Part shown: positions 59,543 to 64,000 of the stretch, piece after piece
Position numbering within the stretch: position 1 is the stretch's first letter
Layout: the number at the start of each line of letters is the position of its first letter
Source of the DNA: an uncultured Planctomycetaceae bacterium
Lineage (GTDB): Bacteria; Planctomycetota; Planctomycetia; Isosphaerales; Isosphaeraceae
Assembly (NCBI GenBank): GCA_963833985.1
Contig: CAWIAD010000001.1
Location: 1-64,000 of the forward strand
Length of the DNA stretch: 64,000 nucleotides
Reading direction: 5' to 3'
Program-made: the position numbers and the translations under genes
The notes under the pieces: model-generated
The model's database searches: none
The model's input: the letters and a program-made list of their open reading frames with translations, nothing else
Told to the model about the DNA's origin: nothing

Positions 59543-61055
59543 CTAGAAGAAGAGATCGCGCTCGTCCGTGTTGCGGATCCGCGCCAGCCGGCTGCCGAGT
59601 CTCGCGTTTCAGCTCGCCGTCGGGCAGGGCGTTCAGCTCGCGCGTGAGCATTTGCTCGCCGGCCGCTCGGGTGGACGGGCTCGCGTAATCGACCAGGTAT
59701 TCCAGCAGCGTGCTCAGCGCGTTGGGCGTACACAGCCGCTCGATGAAGCCGGGGATGGCGAACTCCATGAAATGTTCGCCCGTCCGGCCCAGACGATAGC
59801 AGGCCGTGCAAAAGCTGGGGATGTAGTCGTCGTCGAGCAGCTGGCGGACGACCTCGTCCAGCGTGCGGACGTCGCCGAGCTCGAACTGCTCGCGCTCGCG
59901 GACCTGCTGCTGGGAGTCTCCGGCCTCGGTGTAGCCGCCAAGCTCGATGCGGCTGCCGGCGTCGATCTGGGAGACGCCAAAGCCCATGATCTCGTTCCGC
60001 AGCGCGGCCGGCTCACGGGCCGTAAGGATCATGCCCGTGTACGGAACGCTGAGCCGCAGGATCGCGACCACGCGCTTGAAGTCCTCGTCGGAGACCAGAC
60101 AGCGGCTGTTGGAGGCAACCCCTGAGGCCGGGCGCAGCCGTGGAAAGCTGATCGTGTGCGGGCCGCAGTTGTAGCGTTCCTGGAGGAAGCGGGCATGCGC
60201 CACCAGGCCGAGGACCTCGAACCGCCAGTCATACAGTCCGAAGAGCGCGCCCAAGCCCACGTCGTCCAGCCCCGCTTCCATGGCGCGCGAGAGGGCGTCG
60301 AGCCGCCACAGGTAGTCGGCCTTGCGCGTGCCGGCGGCGTGGACGGCCGCGAAAGTGGCGTGGTGGTAGGTCTCCTGGAAGACCTGGTAGGTGCCAATTC
60401 CGGCTTCCTTCACCACGCGGTAGCCCGCGTGGTCAAGCGGAGCGGCGTTGATGTTGACGCGGCGGATCTCCCCCTTCCCCCGCGTCGTTCCGTAAACGAC
60501 GCGTACCGTCTCGGCGATGAACGCGGGGTCGTACTTCGGGTGCTCTCCGAAGACGAGGATCAGCCGCTTGTGGCCGCTGTCTTCCACGGCCTCAACCTGC
60601 GCACGGACCTGGCCCAGGTCAAGCGTGCGGCGGACCGCGTCGATGTTGGACCTGCGGAACCCACAATAGTCGCAATCGTTCACGCAGTAATTGCCGATGT
60701 AGAGCGGCGCGAAGAGAACGATCCGGCGCCCGTACACGTCGCGCTTGAGCTGCCGTGCGGCGTCGAAGATCTCGGCAATGAGGTCCGGGTCGGTCGCGCT
60801 TAGAAGCACCGCGGTCTCGGCGAGCGTGAGCGGCTGCTTCTCCATGCTCCGGGCGATCACTTCGCGCACCTGCCGACGATCCGCCTTGTCGCTCAGCAAG
60901 CCGGTGAGTTCATCGTCGTTGATGAAGTCAACGGCGTGGTCGCTCAGAGCAGCGAGGCTCGGCAGGCCCCGGCCAGCGCGGGGGCCCGGTCGGGCGGCCG
61001 GCCCAGCAGCCGGCGGTAATGGTAAGGGGTTCACAATCGGAAGTTGGTAGTTCAT
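59543..61055 (-). CDS. hydG: [FeFe]-hydrogenase radical SAM maturase HydG (frameshift at about 59600; true end RDLFF*)
   Basis: FAPLY, CVNDCDYC, GEIRRVN, FQETYH, FCTACYR...C. Confidence 0.95.
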
Positions 61056-62144
61056 GTCTGGATACCTAGATTGTTCTGAACCTGGGCTCTTGCTCGGTCC
61101 TGGTAGTTAGGCGAATGGCCGTGGCCGCGACCGACCACACGGCCGATCGACCGGATGCGCCCGTGCAGGCAGCCGTGACAGGCCTGAGCCGAGTCGTCGA
61201 CGCATGCCTTGTTGGGATAGATCTCGTACGCTTTGCGATAGACCATGGGAGTGACGTTCGGCATGACCACGTTTGCGCCGCACTGGAGACCGCGCTCGCG
61301 GCCGCTCGCCGGGTTGAGTGTGGCTAATGCCGTGGTGCTGGGGAGGTTCGCGCGGGGACAGACCAGTCGAGCCAGCGCGATCGTCTTCAAGGTCGTGGTC
61401 TCATCGGCGGGCACCTGGCGGTGCGTCGGGAGTACCCAGCGGCGCACGTCCCGTCCCATGGGGGTCTCGGGGTGTGGGAGATAAGGACCCACCCCGATCA
61501 TGTCCAGGTCGAGGGCCCGCATCAGCTCCAGGTCCGCGGCCAGATCGTCCCAGGACTGACCCGGAATGCCGACCATGACGCCGCTTCCGACCTCATAGCC
61601 CAGGTCGCGTAGGCCCATCAGCAGAGAGATCCGGCTGGCTGGCTGGCTCGCGTGCGGGGGGTGAATCGCCTGGAAGAGCGTGGGATTGGAGGTCTCGAAC
61701 CGCAGCAGGTAGCGATCGGCCCCGGCCTGGCGCCACGCCGCCAGCTCATCGATCCGCCGTTCTCCCAGGCTGAGTGTGACGGCCAGCGGAGTGTGCTCCT
61801 TGATCTCCCGGATGCGATTCGCGACCCAGCGCATATCGAGTCCCGGATCCTCACCCGCCTGGAGCACGACAGTTCCGTAGCCGAGTGAGGCGGCCGTCGC
61901 GGCGGATTGCATCACCTCGGCGGCCGTCATCCGGTACCGCCCGAGCGTGCGGTTGCCGGCGCAGGCCGCAGTAGACGCAGGCGCGCCGGCAGTGATTGGA
62001 GAGCTCGACCAGCCCGCGGAGGTGAACGGCCTGGCCTACGTGCTCGCAACGGACGACGTCGGCCCGGGCGAAAAGCTGGTTCTGCCGCCCTGGATCGGGG
62101 CTCGTCAGAAGCTCGAGAACCTCGGTTCGAGAGATGACGTCCAT
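61052..62144 (-). CDS. hydE: [FeFe]-hydrogenase radical SAM maturase HydE (frameshift at about 61960)
   Basis: RGLVELSNHCRRACVYC; VLQAGED; RYLLRFET; GANVVMPN; YPNKAC...CHGC. Confidence 0.93.
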
Positions 62145-62183
62145 TGCGCCTTCCAGCTTCGGGCCCGGGTGCGGGAATGCGGG

Positions 62184-63920
62184 TCAGTGCCGACCGTCGG
62201 TTTTGTGCGACAGGTTCCGTTCCAGGATCTCGACGACGCGCTCGCCCAGACCTTCGACCTCGGTGACGACCGCCGAGAAAGCCTCCTGAAGCTTCTTCGA
62301 GCACGGCTCGATGACTTCCGCTTCCTTTCGTATGCCACCGGCCAGGTCGCGCACGGCGCTGCTGACGACGGAAAACGCAGCCCCGGCCTGGCCGGCGCGT
62401 GCCGCCTCGATCCGAGCGTTCAGGGCCACAATGTGGGTCTGTCGCGAGAGATCGACGATCGAATCGGCCACCCGTCCCAGCTCGTTGGTCGACTGCGATG
62501 CATCGGTGACCTTGGCGACCGTGCCCTCGAAGTTGGCGATCACTTCCTTCAGTGCGGCCGCGCGCCGCTCCTGGTCTCGATTGATCGTTCCCAGGAAATA
62601 GACACAGTGTTCGCGGCGATTCAGCCCGTTGTGCACGGCGATCGCCATCGCCTCGCACGATCCGTAGCCACAGGCGCCGCAGTTGAGCAGGTCTTCCGGC
62701 CCAAACTTGCTCATGCTTTGGTAGACGGCCTGTAGCTCGGACTGGCTGGGCTTCTTGAGCTTCACCGAGGCCGATCGATCGACGTACGAGCGCTGGAAGC
62801 CCGCGGGATCATCACGCTCACGCAGCAGGCTGGCCACTGCCGCCTGGCAATCCTCATCGCTGGCCTTTTCTCCGGCGTACCGCTCCCGCGCCTCCCTCGC
62901 GCGCTGAGTGACGTAGCTTTCGATTCGATCGATGCCGACCGTGCGTGCCGGCGTGCCCGTACCACCGTTGCACCCTTTCTCGCAACTCAGGCAATCCACC
63001 AGCAGCGGAGCGATGCCCTCGCGGACCGCGCATGGCAGATCGTCAAGATAATGATAGACTCCAGGAGTGCCCTCGATCTTGCGGGTGGCGCGGGAGGCAT
63101 CGCGGCTCCAGCGCTCGAGCGTGTCACGCAGCCCACCGGGCGACGAGAAGAGCACGGCTCGCTCCGCCGGCGGACCGTCGAAGTCGGTGGCCGGGTAGCG
63201 CGAAAGCTCCACCCCGCGCGCCGTGAAGTGCTCTGCGAGCGACCTCATGGTCACGTTGTAATCGCCCAGACCGGTCTCGTCGTACTCTCGCCGCTTGGCG
63301 ATGCACGGAGAGATGACCGCGATTCTGTGACCGAGGTACTGCGGGTACTGGTTTCGCACCATCCGCATGGAGTGCTGCATCGGGCTGCCGGCCGGTGCCA
63401 GGTAAGGCAGTAGCTCGGGCCGGTACAGCTCGATGTACGTGACGATCGCCGGGCAGGGCTGCGCCACCACCGTCGTGGCGTGGCTCTCCGAGATGTGCCG
63501 CAAGTAGCTCTGGACAGTCAGCTCGGCTCCGAAGCTGACGTCGAAGATCGCGCTGACTCCGGACTGCTTGAGCCAGCCGTTGAAGTTGAGGTACTGGTGC
63601 GGGAATGCGGCCGCCACCGCCGGCGCAACCACGGCAATCATCCGTACGCCAGCTTGCAGGTCCCTCCAGAACGCCTCAAAGTCATCCATCGGAAAGTGCG
63701 CACCGTGCTGGCATGCATCAATGCAACTGCCGCAGCCGATGCAAAGCTCAGGGTTGATTTCGACTGCATCGCCGGACGCCACGTTGCAGTACTTGACGGG
63801 GCAGGCGGTAATACAGGCATGGCAATTGACGCACCGCTCCGCGTCGACCCCCACCACGGCAGTCAACCCCTGCTGGGTAAGGTGCGGGCTGCTCGATTGG
63901 GATGCGATCGTTGATGACAT
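62184..63920 (-). CDS. Putative sensory [FeFe]-hydrogenase (group C-like) fused to a methyl-accepting chemotaxis signalling tip
   Basis: Two ferredoxin motifs; H-domain motifs AQPCPA, SPCIAKRRE, DCLSCEKGCNGG; FeS domain NCGACGYGSC; QTHIVALNARIEAARAG. Confidence 0.88.
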   Translation of the reverse strand: MSSTIASQSSSPHLTQQGLTAVVGVDAERCVNCHACITACPVKYCNVASGDAVEINPELCIGCGSCIDACQHGAHFPMDDFEAFWRDLQAGVRMIAVVAPAVAAAFPHQYLNFNGWLKQSGVSAIFDVSFGAELTVQSYLRHISESHATTVVAQPCPAIVTYIELYRPELLPYLAPAGSPMQHSMRMVRNQYPQYLGHRIAVISPCIAKRREYDETGLGDYNVTMRSLAEHFTARGVELSRYPATDFDGPPAERAVLFSSPGGLRDTLERWSRDASRATRKIEGTPGVYHYLDDLPCAVREGIAPLLVDCLSCEKGCNGGTGTPARTVGIDRIESYVTQRAREARERYAGEKASDEDCQAAVASLLRERDDPAGFQRSYVDRSASVKLKKPSQSELQAVYQSMSKFGPEDLLNCGACGYGSCEAMAIAVHNGLNRREHCVYFLGTINRDQERRAAALKEVIANFEGTVAKVTDASQSTNELGRVADSIVDLSRQTHIVALNARIEAARAGQAGAAFSVVSSAVRDLAGGIRKEAEVIEPCSKKLQEAFSAVVTEVEGLGERVVEILERNLSHKTDGRH

Positions 63921-64000
63921 GTTCGCGGCTCCGCTTGCTTGATCCAGCGCGCTGCAACTTCGGGGCGTCAGGCTGGATTGAGGAGAACAGTCATACCAAC

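Noticed and set aside
56779..62144. hydE, hydG and hydF as pseudogenes or programmed frameshifts
   Set aside because: Single indels with all motifs intact, no slippery heptamer, and the same error pattern occurs in unrelated genes

Overview
A GC-rich bacterial chromosomal window. Gene content (YTV-repeat protein, DUF4058, DUF1080, Tat-exported Gfo/Idh/MocA enzymes, HEAT proteins, prokaryotic RING protein) suggests a planctomycete, probably Isosphaeraceae-like; this is inference. The window opens with the 3' part of a group II intron (RT/maturase plus domains V-VI) whose 3' exon falls inside a REP-like palindrome cluster. About 50 mostly housekeeping or catabolic genes follow, with several REP/MITE-like elements and an internally deleted IS66. 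It ends with the most notable locus: a putative sensory [FeFe]-hydrogenase fused to a minimal chemoreceptor tip, followed by hydE-hydG-aspA-hydF. Also notable is a secreted YTV protein made of two charge-complementary arms of about ten 16-aa repeats each. At least nine otherwise intact genes carry a single frameshift, often at collapsed (GC)n runs; these are more likely assembly errors than pseudogenes. No rRNA, tRNA or CRISPR array was recognised.
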